From an uncultured Erysipelothrix sp. (lineage in GTDB: Bacteria; Bacillota_I; Bacilli_A; Erysipelotrichales; Erysipelotrichaceae): a stretch of 64,000 nucleotides of DNA. Each line of letters opens with the position of its first letter. Position 1 is the first letter of the stretch. Position numbers and translations under genes: made by a program. The notes beneath the pieces are model-generated. The model had not been told where the DNA came from. It searched no databases and saw only the letters and a program-made list of their open reading frames with translations. Where the stretch lies: NCBI GenBank assembly GCA_964653415.1, contig CAZZFJ010000001.1, positions 15,380 through 79,379 on the forward strand. The letters are read 5' to 3'. Shown here one piece after another: positions 48,998-60,698 of the stretch.

Positions 48998-50510
48998 TAG
49001 AACTCACCTTGAAATCTTGTAATATTTTATCCAATGCATTTTTAATGGATTCAATTAGAGCATCATCTAACTTATATTCTTTTTTAATCTCACTTAATAT
49101 TTCTGGATAATCTTCTTGAATCATACGGTGCATATAACTTTCAAAAGCTAAGACCTCTGATACTTCCAATTGGTCAAGATAACCATAGCGATTTAGAAAT
49201 AAACTTAGAACCATTAAATCATGAGATAAAGGTTCATTAATACCTTGTTTTAAAAGTTCAGTGATTCTTTCTCCATGGTCTAAAATAGCCTTGGTTGAAG
49301 CATCAACATCCGTACTAAATTGAGCAAAACTCATAAGGTCAGCATAGTTTGCAAGTTCCAATTTAAGACTGGCTGCAACATGTTTCATTGCTGGAGTTTG
49401 TGCTGCTGAACCTACACGTGAAACAGAAAGTCCACTATCAACTGCAGGTCTTTGTCCTGAGTTGAATGCATCAAGATTTAAGAACAATTGTCCATCAGTA
49501 ATCGAGATGACGTTTGTAGGGATATAGGCACTAATATCTCCTGCTTGAGTTTCTATAATAGGCAGTGCGGTCATTGAACCACCACCCATTTTTTCTGATA
49601 ATTTAGCACTTCTTTCAAGAAGGCGTGAGTGTAGATAGAAAACATCTCCAGGGAATGCTTCACGACCTGATGGTCTGCGCAATAGTAAAGAAATCGTACG
49701 ATATGCTACCGCATGTTTTGATAAATCATCATATACAATCAGTACATCTTTCCCTTGGTTCATCCAGTATTCAGCAATGGATGCTCCAGTATAGGGGGCA
49801 ATATATTGTAATGAAGCCATATCATCTGCAGGACTGGCAACTATAACCGTATTTTCAAGTGAGCCATGACGATCTAATTGATCAACAAGGCGTGTAATGG
49901 TTGAAGCTTTTTGACCAATCGCAACATAAACACAAATGACGTCTTCGCCTTTTTGATTCATGATCGCATTCATGGCAATACTTGTTTTTCCTGTTTGTCT
50001 ATCTCCAATGATAAGTTCTCTTTGTCCCTTACCAATTGGAATCATTGAGTCAATAATTTTCCATCCTGTAAAAAGAGGTTGATTTACACTTTGTCTTGCC
50101 ATAACAGGTGCCGCTGGATTTTCAATAGGACTTCTTTCAGTCGTATGAACCTCACCTTTAGCATCAATTGGAAAACCTAAAGCATCTACAACACGTCCCA
50201 ATAGTGCATCACCCACTGGGGTATCTACAACGTGGTTTGTGCGATAGACACGGTCATTTTCACGAATTTCACTATCACTACCTAACAAGACAACACCGAC
50301 TTGGTCCTCTTCTAGGTTCATAGCAAGGCCATAAATCCCTTCATCAAAACGAAGAAGTTCTCCTGATAAAACATCTTTTAAGCCTTTTACAAAGGCTATT
50401 CCATCTCCAACACTGTAAACTACGCCACTATCTGTTGCATCTTCATCCCAACTATAACTTTCAATGCGCGCTTTAAGTCTTTCGACAATGCGCTCGCTTT
50501 TTTTATCCAT
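48987..50510 (-). CDS. atpA: ATP synthase F1 alpha subunit
   Basis: VGDGIA, GDRQTGKT, LRRPSGREAFPGDVFYLHSRLLER and IPTNVISITDGQ. Confidence 0.98.
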
Positions 50511-51016
50511 TAAGATACCTCCGATAACAGACGTTCTAAGCGTCCTGTAATACTTAAGTCTATCGACTCGTTATTCAAATACATTCTAATTCCAGATTTT
50601 AACTCTGGTCGTATTTTATGCACAATTTCAACATTACCATTGGTTTTTGCTTGAATCATGCTGACTAATTTATCATTGAAACCTTCTGAGAGTTGCTCAG
50701 AACTTTCAATAACACAATAGTTATAATCCCCTTGCTTGACTAAAATATCACGGACTGAAATTTCGATTTTAAACAGTTGTTCAATTAATCCATCTTCAAT
50801 CACTATTTTAAGAAAATTGTAAACTAGGGGTGAAAAACGGGCTTTGAATTCATCATCAAACTTTTCAAATCGTTCACGACTAAAAAGTAATGCATCCACA
50901 AATTGTGGAATTTGTCTGAATACATCCACCATTTCTTTAAATTCTAAATAATATTTAACCGTATCACTTTGACTGGATGCTACAAAAGCCTGGGCATAAT
51001 TCTCATGATCGTACAT
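50510..51016 (-). CDS. atpH: ATP synthase F1 delta subunit
   Basis: Position between atpF and atpA; YAQAF N-terminus and LKSGIRM...IDLSITGRLERL C-terminus. Confidence 0.8.
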   Translation of the reverse strand: MYDHENYAQAFVASSQSDTVKYYLEFKEMVDVFRQIPQFVDALLFSRERFEKFDDEFKARFSPLVYNFLKIVIEDGLIEQLFKIEISVRDILVKQGDYNYCVIESSEQLSEGFNDKLVSMIQAKTNGNVEIVHKIRPELKSGIRMYLNNESIDLSITGRLERLLSEVS

Positions 51017-51512
51017 GAGCTTTATCCATTTCTTTTTCTAATGCTTGTAACATTTCCGTTTCATCAAAGCGATAGCCTTCTAAAACTTTTTCCGTCATGA
51101 CATAAGCCACATCAACAATTTCTTTTTCAACTTCTTTGAGCATTGCTGCTTTTTCTTTAGCAATCGCTTCACTTGCTTGAGATTTCATACGTGCAACATC
51201 CATGTGAGTTTCCTCAACCAATTTTTCACGCATTGTTTCAATATCCTTAAGCATCATTTGCTTAGATTTCTCCAGAGCATCCAGTTGTGAAGCCTTCTCT
51301 TTTTCAAATAGAATCTTGTCTTCAGCTTGTTGTTGATTCAGCTTTTCAATTTCAGTATAAGCTGCTTGAAAATCACTGGCTTTTTTATCCATGATTTTTA
51401 AAACAGGTTCATGTAAATACTTTTTATATACTAAAAATATGACCCCTGTTGCACATAGCTGTACTAAAATTGTTAAAATGTTGGGAAATAGAAGCGCTTT
51501 TATATCTGGCAT
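51003..51512 (-). CDS. atpF: ATP synthase Fo b subunit
   Basis: N-terminal TM (ILVQLCATGVIFLVYKKYL) followed by a long coiled-coil; operon position. Confidence 0.88.
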   Translation of the reverse strand: MPDIKALLFPNILTILVQLCATGVIFLVYKKYLHEPVLKIMDKKASDFQAAYTEIEKLNQQQAEDKILFEKEKASQLDALEKSKQMMLKDIETMREKLVEETHMDVARMKSQASEAIAKEKAAMLKEVEKEIVDVAYVMTEKVLEGYRFDETEMLQALEKEMDKAHVRS

Positions 51513-51529
51513 CTAATTCACACCCATCC

Positions 51530-51769
51530 TTAAAACATGAAAATTAATAAGAATGCAATTAACATACCATAAATCGCAGCAGTTTCTGCAATACCAGCAC
51601 CTAACATAAGCATCGTACGAATTTCATTGTTTGCTTCTGGGTTTTTACCCACAGCTTCTACAGCTTTTGCTGCAGCATATCCTTGTCCCAAAGTTGAGAA
51701 AATACCTGTCATAACCGCCATCGCAGCAGCGATTGCCACTAATCCTTTACCAATACTAACACTATCCAT
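51530..51769 (-). CDS. atpE: ATP synthase Fo c subunit with Na+-type ligands
   Basis: LGQGYAAAKAVEAVGKNPEA and GIAETAAIYG. Confidence 0.93.
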   Translation of the reverse strand: MDSVSIGKGLVAIAAAMAVMTGIFSTLGQGYAAAKAVEAVGKNPEANNEIRTMLMLGAGIAETAAIYGMLIAFLLIFMF

Positions 51770-51770
51770 T

Positions 51771-52448
51771 TTAATTTTCCTCCTTCATTTCAATAGCAAT
51801 AAAAATGGTTGTAAGCGAAATAAATAAAAACGCTTGTAAAAAACCAGAAAACAAGTCGAAATACATGTGTAACCATGGGGCAATTAGAACTCCGAAGAAA
51901 TCAAAGCCACCAATCACAGGTATTAGACCACTTAACCACCCTGTAAATGAATACAGCATCGTCATAATCATCATTCCCGATAGAACATTACCAAACAGCC
52001 TTAATGATAAACTAATTAAGGGAGCCACTGTCCCAAAAATGTTGGGGATGACAAAGAAAGCAAAAGGTTGAAAGAAATCCGCAATGTATCCTTTAAAACC
52101 GATACTTTTAATTTTAACAACTTGAATTGCAACCCAAGTAATTAGCGCCAGCGCTAAAGTTACACTATAATTTGACGTAGGAGAGTTGAACCCCAACAAT
52201 CCCGACCAGTTTGATAATAAAATGAAGATAAAAACAGAGCCAATATAACCCGCCATTTTCTTTCCATTCTTCTCACCCATAACAGGTACTGTGATTGAAA
52301 GGATACTTTCTACATACGTAATCGCATAGAGAACAATACCACTTGGTTTTTCACCATATTCATAGGCAACAATTTTCTTGTTGGCGAACATGATGACACC
52401 TATAAGGACACTAGATACTACTAGAATTGTAAATAATTCAGCTTGCAT
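51771..52448 (-). CDS. atpB: ATP synthase Fo a subunit
   Basis: FILLSNWSGL, ISLSLRLFGNVLSG (conserved Arg) and FSGFLQAFLF. Confidence 0.93.
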   Translation of the reverse strand: MQAELFTILVVSSVLIGVIMFANKKIVAYEYGEKPSGIVLYAITYVESILSITVPVMGEKNGKKMAGYIGSVFIFILLSNWSGLLGFNSPTSNYSVTLALALITWVAIQVVKIKSIGFKGYIADFFQPFAFFVIPNIFGTVAPLISLSLRLFGNVLSGMMIMTMLYSFTGWLSGLIPVIGGFDFFGVLIAPWLHMYFDLFSGFLQAFLFISLTTIFIAIEMKEEN

Positions 52449-52785
52449 GAGTCTCCTCCTTCATAAAGAGATTGAATATGAAGTGCACAGCACGATCTGT
52501 GAAATACGCCGTAAACAAGGCAAAAGGATTGAGTATGTCTTGAAATAGAAACGACAAGCCCAAAGGCACTGCCAGTAAAGCTATTGTAAAGACAATATAT
52601 GAAATATACTTACTCACACTAAATTTTGATGTGTCTAATAGAATTCCATAAAATCGTTCCCGTGAAAACACAAGCAAAATCATGACAACATGTCCTAAAG
52701 TCCAAGCCAAGCCAATTGAAGAGTTCAATAGAGCTACAGGTAAACCCAGTACAGCCAGTATTGCATAAATCATCCAAATCTTCAT
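52438..52785 (-). CDS. AtpI-like membrane protein
   Basis: About four TM segments, first gene of the atp operon, strong GAGGAGGTG RBS. Confidence 0.6.
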   Translation of the reverse strand: MKIWMIYAILAVLGLPVALLNSSIGLAWTLGHVVMILLVFSRERFYGILLDTSKFSVSKYISYIVFTIALLAVPLGLSFLFQDILNPFALFTAYFTDRAVHFIFNLFMKEETHAS

Positions 52786-52987
52786 ATGTCACCTCCTCAA
52801 TTATCGTGCTAGATAAGCTTAATCTCTTCAGCGCTCTTAAAGAGAGTATACCTGAAAATCAGACATATATTCTTTCTAGCATTCATCATGTATTATAACA
52901 CAAAAACTAGAGCTACTGATAAGTATTACCCAATATATAGTCTTTATTAAGTTAAAAATTATTAACAATTAGTTTTAGCACAAAAAT

Positions 52988-53016
52988 AAAAGGTTGAGAT
53001 TAATCCCAACCTTTTT
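52988..53016 (-). terminator. Terminator after tRNA-Arg
   Basis: AAAAGGTTG-GGATTAATCT-CAACCTTTT on the minus strand. Confidence 0.75.
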
Positions 53017-53027
53017 GAATAAATATT

Positions 53028-53104
53028 TGGCGCGCCCGACAGGACTTGAACCCACAACCTTTTGAACCGGAATCAAACGCGCTATCCAATTGCGCCACGG
53101 ACGC
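53028..53104 (-). tRNA. tRNA-Arg (anticodon CCG)
   Basis: GCGTCCG acceptor stem, D-arm TGGCGCAATTGGATAGCGC, anticodon arm TTTGA-TTCCGGT-TCAAA, T-arm GTGGGTTCAAGTCCTGT and encoded CCA end. Confidence 0.95.
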
Positions 53105-53132
53105 CTATTAATAGATTCAAAGAAAGATACAC

Positions 53133-53882
53133 TTACTTTGAATCTTTTTTTAATACCGTTAAGAAGTCTTTGAGGACTGTTTCACCTACAATATCATAAC
53201 TTCCTTCATTACTATAAGCATAACTCACAAACTGCCCTTGAGTAGTGGGATCTTTTTCCCAAGACTTAAAAGATGCATGGACTTGATTTACACCCGTTGT
53301 ATTAACAATCTCTAATACATTTTTTTTGTTGATGCCAGAACCTACAATAATTTCTATTTGATTACCATATTGCTCTTGAAGTTTTTTCAACAAGCTCATA
53401 CCTTCGTAACTTTTTTCTGCAAGGCCACTTGTTAAAACGCGATTCACTCCACATTGGATTAAAGTCTCTATTGCTATAAATGGATCCACTACATTATCAA
53501 ATGCACGATGAAATATCGCATCTATATTATATTCTTGACATATATTAACAAATTTAAGCGTGTTTTGAACATCTATACTACGGTCTTCATTTAAAAATCC
53601 AAAGACCAAGCCCTCTACTTTTTCTTTAGCAAATAAATGAGCATCTAATAGCATCGTCTCTACTTCTAAAGCACTGTAATGAAAGCCACCACCTCGCGGA
53701 CGCAGCATCGGGTAAATCGGAATAGACACCTTCGATTTAGCAAGTTTAACTGTCGCTAAAGAAGGAGTTAAACCACCCATATAAACTGCAGAATTTAGCT
53801 CGATTTGATCAGCTCCAATTTCTTGTGCAATCAAACAATCCTGCACGCTACCTGCACATACTTCTACTTTTATATGTTTCAT
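53133..53882 (-). CDS. cutC: CutC family protein
   Basis: VEVCAGS, IELNSAVYMGGLTPS, MLRPRGGGFHYS, IFHRAFD and RVLTSG. Confidence 0.92.
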   Translation of the reverse strand: MKHIKVEVCAGSVQDCLIAQEIGADQIELNSAVYMGGLTPSLATVKLAKSKVSIPIYPMLRPRGGGFHYSALEVETMLLDAHLFAKEKVEGLVFGFLNEDRSIDVQNTLKFVNICQEYNIDAIFHRAFDNVVDPFIAIETLIQCGVNRVLTSGLAEKSYEGMSLLKKLQEQYGNQIEIIVGSGINKKNVLEIVNTTGVNQVHASFKSWEKDPTTQGQFVSYAYSNEGSYDIVGETVLKDFLTVLKKDSK

Positions 53883-53925
53883 GTTTGCCTCCACGATATA
53901 ATACTATATCTTAACGACAATAAAA

Positions 53926-54551
53926 TCAAACATATTTGGGTGGATAGTTTTCCGGATCTTCACGCCAGAGTTTTAAAAGAGCTAAGTCTTCGGGCTTAAT
54001 AGCCTCCTGTTTTAAGGCAACATCAATGAGTACTGGATAGGAACTGAGAGTCTTTAATGGCACATCCTTAAAATTATCTTTTGCTTTTTGAAGATCATAA
54101 GTAAATACTGCTACAACACCTAGCACATCATAATTATCTTGTTTTACGGCATCCACTGCTTTTAAAACAGAACCCCCAGTAGAAATTAGATCTTCAATCA
54201 TGACTACCTTTGCATGCGGTTTTAAGTATCCTTCAACTTGCTTCGCCTGTCCATGCTGTTTGGCCTGAGGTCGAACATAGGCTAATGGTAGTTGTAACAA
54301 CTCTGCAACTAAACTTGCTTGAGGTAAGCCACCAGTAGCCACACCTACAATCGCTTCTACATCTGGAAACTGTTCTAATATTAAATCTTTTAAACCTTGA
54401 GCAATCAAGCTTCGTACTTTAGGGTATGATAAAGTAATGCGATTGTCACAATAAATAGGACTTTTTAATCCAGATGCCCATGTAAAAGGCTCTGTAGCAT
54501 TTAAGCTTACTGCCTTTGTATCAAGTAATGCTTTAGCAACTTCTCTTGCAA

Positions 54552-54555
<4 letters not shown>
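53926..54555 (-). CDS. pyrE: Orotate phosphoribosyltransferase
   Basis: [20 protein letters not shown] and [12 protein letters not shown]. Confidence 0.96.
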
Positions 54556-56857
<2,302 letters not shown>

Positions 56858-56861
<4 letters not shown>

Positions 56862-58123
56862 AAACCCTCCTTATAAACTACTTGACCCTCAACCATACAT
56901 AAAACACAAGCACCTTTAACTTTTCGATTCATAAAAGGGGTATTGTGTGATTTTGATCGGATAAACTTTGGATTAATAATAACTTCTTTCTCTAAATCAA
57001 AAACTGCAAAATCTGCAGGATCACCCTCACGCATAAAGTTCCCTTCTAAATTGAATAAAATTTTAGGTTTAAGACTCATCCAATCTTGTAGGTTCTCTAG
57101 TGTAAATTCTTGTTGCTTTAAAACAAATTCTGTATATAAAAGAGGAAAGGCTGTTTCTAAACCGATGATTCCAAAAGGGCCTGCAAAACCTTTAGCTTTT
57201 TCACTCTCTGTATGGGGTGCATGATCGGTTGCAATAATATCAATGACACCGGACTTTAAAGCTTCTATCAAGCACTTTTGATCTTTTGAACTTCTTAAGG
57301 GGGGATTCATTTTATAGGCACCATCATTACCAGGAATATCCATTTCGCAAAGTAATAAGTGATGGGGTGATACCTCTGCACTCACTTGTGCTCCAATAGT
57401 CTTCCCCATTTCAATTGCTGCTACAGACTCTTTACTGGATACATGGCAGACATGGTAGTGTGCTTGCGTTTCATAGGCTAAGATTACATCTCGTGCCACT
57501 TGGCTACTTTCTGTTGCGCCGATAATGCCTTTTAGTCCCAGTTGTTTGTTGCGGATTCCTTCATGCATCACTCCTCCATACAGCAGACCATCATCTTCAG
57601 TATGAGCAACGATGGGTTTATTTAATCGTGAGGCTTCTTTCATGGCTTCGTACATTACTTTGGAGCTTTGAACCCCTACCCCATCATTGGTATAGGCAAA
57701 AGCATTGATATTCTCCATATCTACAATTTGCGAAGAAGTGAGAGAATGTGTAATAGGCGCATATTGTAAAACTTTCACAAGAGCATCTTTTTCAATGATT
57801 TCTAAGATGTTTTTATATTTTTCAACGGTATCAGGGACAGGATTGACATTGGGCATGGCACATACCATCGTATAGCCCCCTTTTGCTGCAGCTTGAGTTC
57901 CAGTCTTAATGGTCTCTTTCTCACAATACCCTGGTTCTCTAAGATGAACATGAACATCCACCAAGCCAGGCATCAAGAGTTTCCCCTGCAAATCAATGAC
58001 TGTTTCGACATCAAATACAGGACTGTTAATTGAAACTATTTTCCCCTTTTCTATCAAAACATTTACCCTTTGAAGAGTATTATCTTGAAATACGATTTGG
58101 GCATTTTTTAATAAAGTTCTCAT
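56858..58123 (-). CDS. pyrC: Dihydroorotase
   Basis: DVHVHLREPG, GGYTMVCAMPN, HVCHVS, EVSPHHL, KMNPPLR and IATDHAPH. Confidence 0.95.
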
Positions 58124-58995
58124 CCTTGAATCCATTCTAGTATTGCCATTCTTGCATACACTCCATTACTCATTTGCTCTACAATTCTCGATTTGTCACT
58201 TTCAATAAGATGCGATGCGATTTCCACATCCCGATTAACAGGAGCTGGGTGCATTATAATGGCACTTTTCTTTAGGCGGTCATATCGCTTTTGATTCAAA
58301 CCAAATTGATCCAAATAGTTCGCTTCTGAGTGTTTCTCAGATTCACTATGACGTTCAAACTGAATACGAAGTAACATGAGTACATCCACCTCTTCAATGA
58401 TTTCATCGATGCTTTTATAAGTTCCGTAAGCTTCAAACTCTGAATCATGATAATAATTGGGGCTACAGAAATAGATTTCAGCACCCATTTTACTTAAGAT
58501 TCTTGCATTACTTCTTGCAACCCGGCTGTGAACTAAATCCCCTACAATCGCAATTTTTAAGCCTTCAATCTTATTAAAATTTTCATAAATAGTCATAATA
58601 TCCAGAAGACTTTGTGATGGATGTTCACCACTTCCACTCCCTGCATTAACTATAGAAATTCCCATATCTAAAAGTGGTTGATAGTAGTTATTTTCAGGAT
58701 GGCGTATAATAGCAACCTCCATCCCAATAGCTTTCATGGTTAAGACAGAATCATAAAGACTTTCACCTTTATTGACAGAGCTTGTTGAGACATCAAAGTT
58801 AAACTGATCACACTGTATATTGTTTTCTGCCATTTCAAAACTCATTTTTGTACGCGTACTATTTTCAAAAAACATATTGACAACTTTCAGTTTTTTTCCT
58901 TGAATCTGTGGTGATTGTTTTAATGCAATGCCTCTTTTGGCAAGGTCCAAAAATTCCTCATGATTGAACTGGTTTACTTCTAGAAAATGCTTCAT
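58120..58995 (-). CDS. pyrB: Aspartate carbamoyltransferase catalytic subunit
   Basis: FFENSTRT, SSVNKGESLYD, HPSQSLLD, HSRVARS and IMHPAPVNR. Confidence 0.96.
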   Translation of the reverse strand: MKHFLEVNQFNHEEFLDLAKRGIALKQSPQIQGKKLKVVNMFFENSTRTKMSFEMAENNIQCDQFNFDVSTSSVNKGESLYDSVLTMKAIGMEVAIIRHPENNYYQPLLDMGISIVNAGSGSGEHPSQSLLDIMTIYENFNKIEGLKIAIVGDLVHSRVARSNARILSKMGAEIYFCSPNYYHDSEFEAYGTYKSIDEIIEEVDVLMLLRIQFERHSESEKHSEANYLDQFGLNQKRYDRLKKSAIIMHPAPVNRDVEIASHLIESDKSRIVEQMSNGVYARMAILEWIQG

Positions 58996-59015
58996 ATTTA
59001 TTACCTCCATAATAT

Positions 59016-59093
59016 AAAAGCTGCAGTCAGAGTCAACTACAGCTAAGCAAAAAGTTTAATTTAGCTTGTATGTCTCTCTGTACATAATTAAAG
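59016..59093 (-). promoter_or_regulatory. PyrR attenuator 2 (between pyrR and pyrB)
   Basis: Binding-loop motif CTTTAATTATGTACAGAGAGACAT (59093-59070), antiterminator AGCTAA...TTAGCT and terminator AGCTGTAGTTGACTCTGACTGCAGCT-TTT. Confidence 0.8.
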
Positions 59094-59102
59094 TAAATTA
59101 AT

Positions 59103-59609
59103 TTATTTAAATATAACTTGATTGGTACCATCCACAGCTTCTACTTGAACTTTGATGGATTCATTTTTAGAAGTTGGAATGTTTTTCCCGATAAAATCAG
59201 GACGTATAGGAAGCTCTCGATGCCCCCGATCTACTAGCACGGCTAAACTAACGGATTGTGCACGCCCATAATCAAGCATTGCATCCAGTCCAGCACGTAT
59301 GGTTCTACCTGTAAATAAAACATCATCAACTAAAACAACCTTCTTATCTTTAAGGATATTGGATGGCTGTATCTCTATTTTCTCTTCACGATAATCATCG
59401 CGATATTGTCTTACATCCAGTTCAACTACCTCGACATCCCCTTCTAGATGTTTGATAATTTCTTGAATGCTTCTTGCTAAATGGACACCCCGCGTTTTGA
59501 TTCCAACTAGAACCACATCATCGATCCCATCGAATTTCTCTAATATCTCATAAGAAATTCGCGTCAACGCCCGTTGTATCTCTAATTCATTCAGTACTAC
59601 TTTACTCAT
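59103..59609 (-). CDS. pyrR: PyrR bifunctional regulator/uracil phosphoribosyltransferase
   Basis: RALTRISYEI, GIKTRG, YRDD, VDDVLFTGRTIRAG and VDRGHRELPIRPDFIGK. Confidence 0.96.
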   Translation of the reverse strand: MSKVVLNELEIQRALTRISYEILEKFDGIDDVVLVGIKTRGVHLARSIQEIIKHLEGDVEVVELDVRQYRDDYREEKIEIQPSNILKDKKVVLVDDVLFTGRTIRAGLDAMLDYGRAQSVSLAVLVDRGHRELPIRPDFIGKNIPTSKNESIKVQVEAVDGTNQVIFK

Positions 59610-59623
59610 TCTGACCTCCATAG

Positions 59624-59751
59624 AAAAACCTCTTCCCTATAGAAAGAGGTCAAAAGGTTATCTTGGGTCTCTTTCCTTTCATGTCTCTCTGGACATAATT
59701 AAAGGTGAGTTTTTCTATACTCATAATACCATCTCAAGACATAATGTCAAG
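59624..59751 (-). promoter_or_regulatory. pyr promoter and PyrR attenuator 1
   Basis: TTGACA-16-TATTAT promoter, CTTTAATTATGTCCAGAGAGACAT (59704-59681), antiterminator GAAAGAG/CTCTTTC and terminator ACCTCTT-TCTATAGGG-AAGAGGT-TTTT. Confidence 0.82.
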
Positions 59752-59801
59752 ATGGGTAAATAACTTTATTAAAGGATTCTTTTAAGCTATAATATAAAAG
59801 A

Positions 59802-59960
59802 ATACTTCAGGGCAGGGTGTAATTCCCGACCGGCGGTAAACCCCGCGAACCTTTGGGTTGAATCAGTGAAATTCTGGTGGCGACAGTAAAGTCTGGATGG
59901 AAGAAGTTTTTTTTCATGTCTCCTGGAGTGTATCATTTTTTTGAAACTAGGAGGTTTTTT
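59802..59960 (+). ncRNA. FMN riboswitch (RFN element) with expression platform
   Basis: CTTCAGGGCAGGGTGTAATTCCCGACCGGCGGT...CAGTGAAATTCTG...CGACAGTAAAGTCTGGATGGAAGAAG. Downstream hairpin CTCCTGG/CTAGGAG covers the RBS and is followed by a T run. Confidence 0.95.
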
Positions 59961-59961
59961 T

Positions 59962-60504
59962 ATGAAAAAAATGAATACACACCATATGGTTATGCTCGCA
60001 TTTTTAAGCGCTATTGCGACCGTTCTGTTTATGTTTGAGTTTCCCCTACCAGGATCTCCACTTCAATTTGATTTGAGTGATTTACCGGTATTAATAGGAG
60101 CTGTCCTATATGGACCTGGCGCCGTAATTATCATTGCTTTTCTGAAAAATGTGCTTCACATCTTGTTTATATCCAAAAACTCAGGTCTTGTGGGTGAGCT
60201 TGCGAACTTTGTTTATGCTGTCTCATTAGCTTTGCCCCTGTCACTATTGGTTTCTCAGATCAAGAAGCATCCAAAAAAAAGAATGGGCATTAGTATCGCT
60301 ATTGTAGTATTTTCTTCACTTTTGATGCATCTATTTAACTACTATGTTACCTTTCCTTTGTATGGTTTATCACAGGAAGGCGCTTGGCAAATGTTAAATG
60401 CGATTTATCTACCATTTAATCTTATTAAAGGAAGTATCTTAATGATATTATTATCCCTTATTAAACCTGTTTTTCACCAACTAAATCTTGTATTGAGAAC
60501 ATAA
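59962..60504 (+). CDS. ribU: ECF transporter S component, riboflavin (RibU)
   Basis: LSAIATVLFMFEFPL, LQFDLSDLP, GELANF and LPFNLIKG. FMN riboswitch upstream. Confidence 0.9.
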   Translation: MKKMNTHHMVMLAFLSAIATVLFMFEFPLPGSPLQFDLSDLPVLIGAVLYGPGAVIIIAFLKNVLHILFISKNSGLVGELANFVYAVSLALPLSLLVSQIKKHPKKRMGISIAIVVFSSLLMHLFNYYVTFPLYGLSQEGAWQMLNAIYLPFNLIKGSILMILLSLIKPVFHQLNLVLRT

Positions 60505-60520
60505 GGAATTTAGCTATAGC

Positions 60521-60552
60521 AATCTGCAACAAATCAATGTTGCAGATTTTAA
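60521..60552 (+). terminator. Terminator after ribU
   Basis: AATCTGCAAC-AAATCAAT-GTTGCAGATT-TT. Confidence 0.78.
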
Positions 60553-60698
60553 TTTATAAAATGAATCTACTTGAAAGTCATATAGTTGAGTTTTGAAATA
60601 TTTTCATACTTCAGCTTGGCTCAGTTACTTTCGTTGACAACTTTCTTACACACGCTTAGAATTAATTTAGATAGAAGACTGTCTAACAGGAGGAGCTT

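Noticed and set aside
52806-52890. 25-aa leader ORF (MNARKNICLIFRY...) in the atp 5' UTR
   Set aside because: It has no Shine-Dalgarno and starts within a few nt of the predicted start site. The RNA structure is the better-supported feature.
52988-53133. tRNA-Arg(CCG) as an integration site for a genomic island
   Set aside because: The tRNA is followed directly by its terminator and the atp promoter, with no integrase and no duplicated 3' end in the window.
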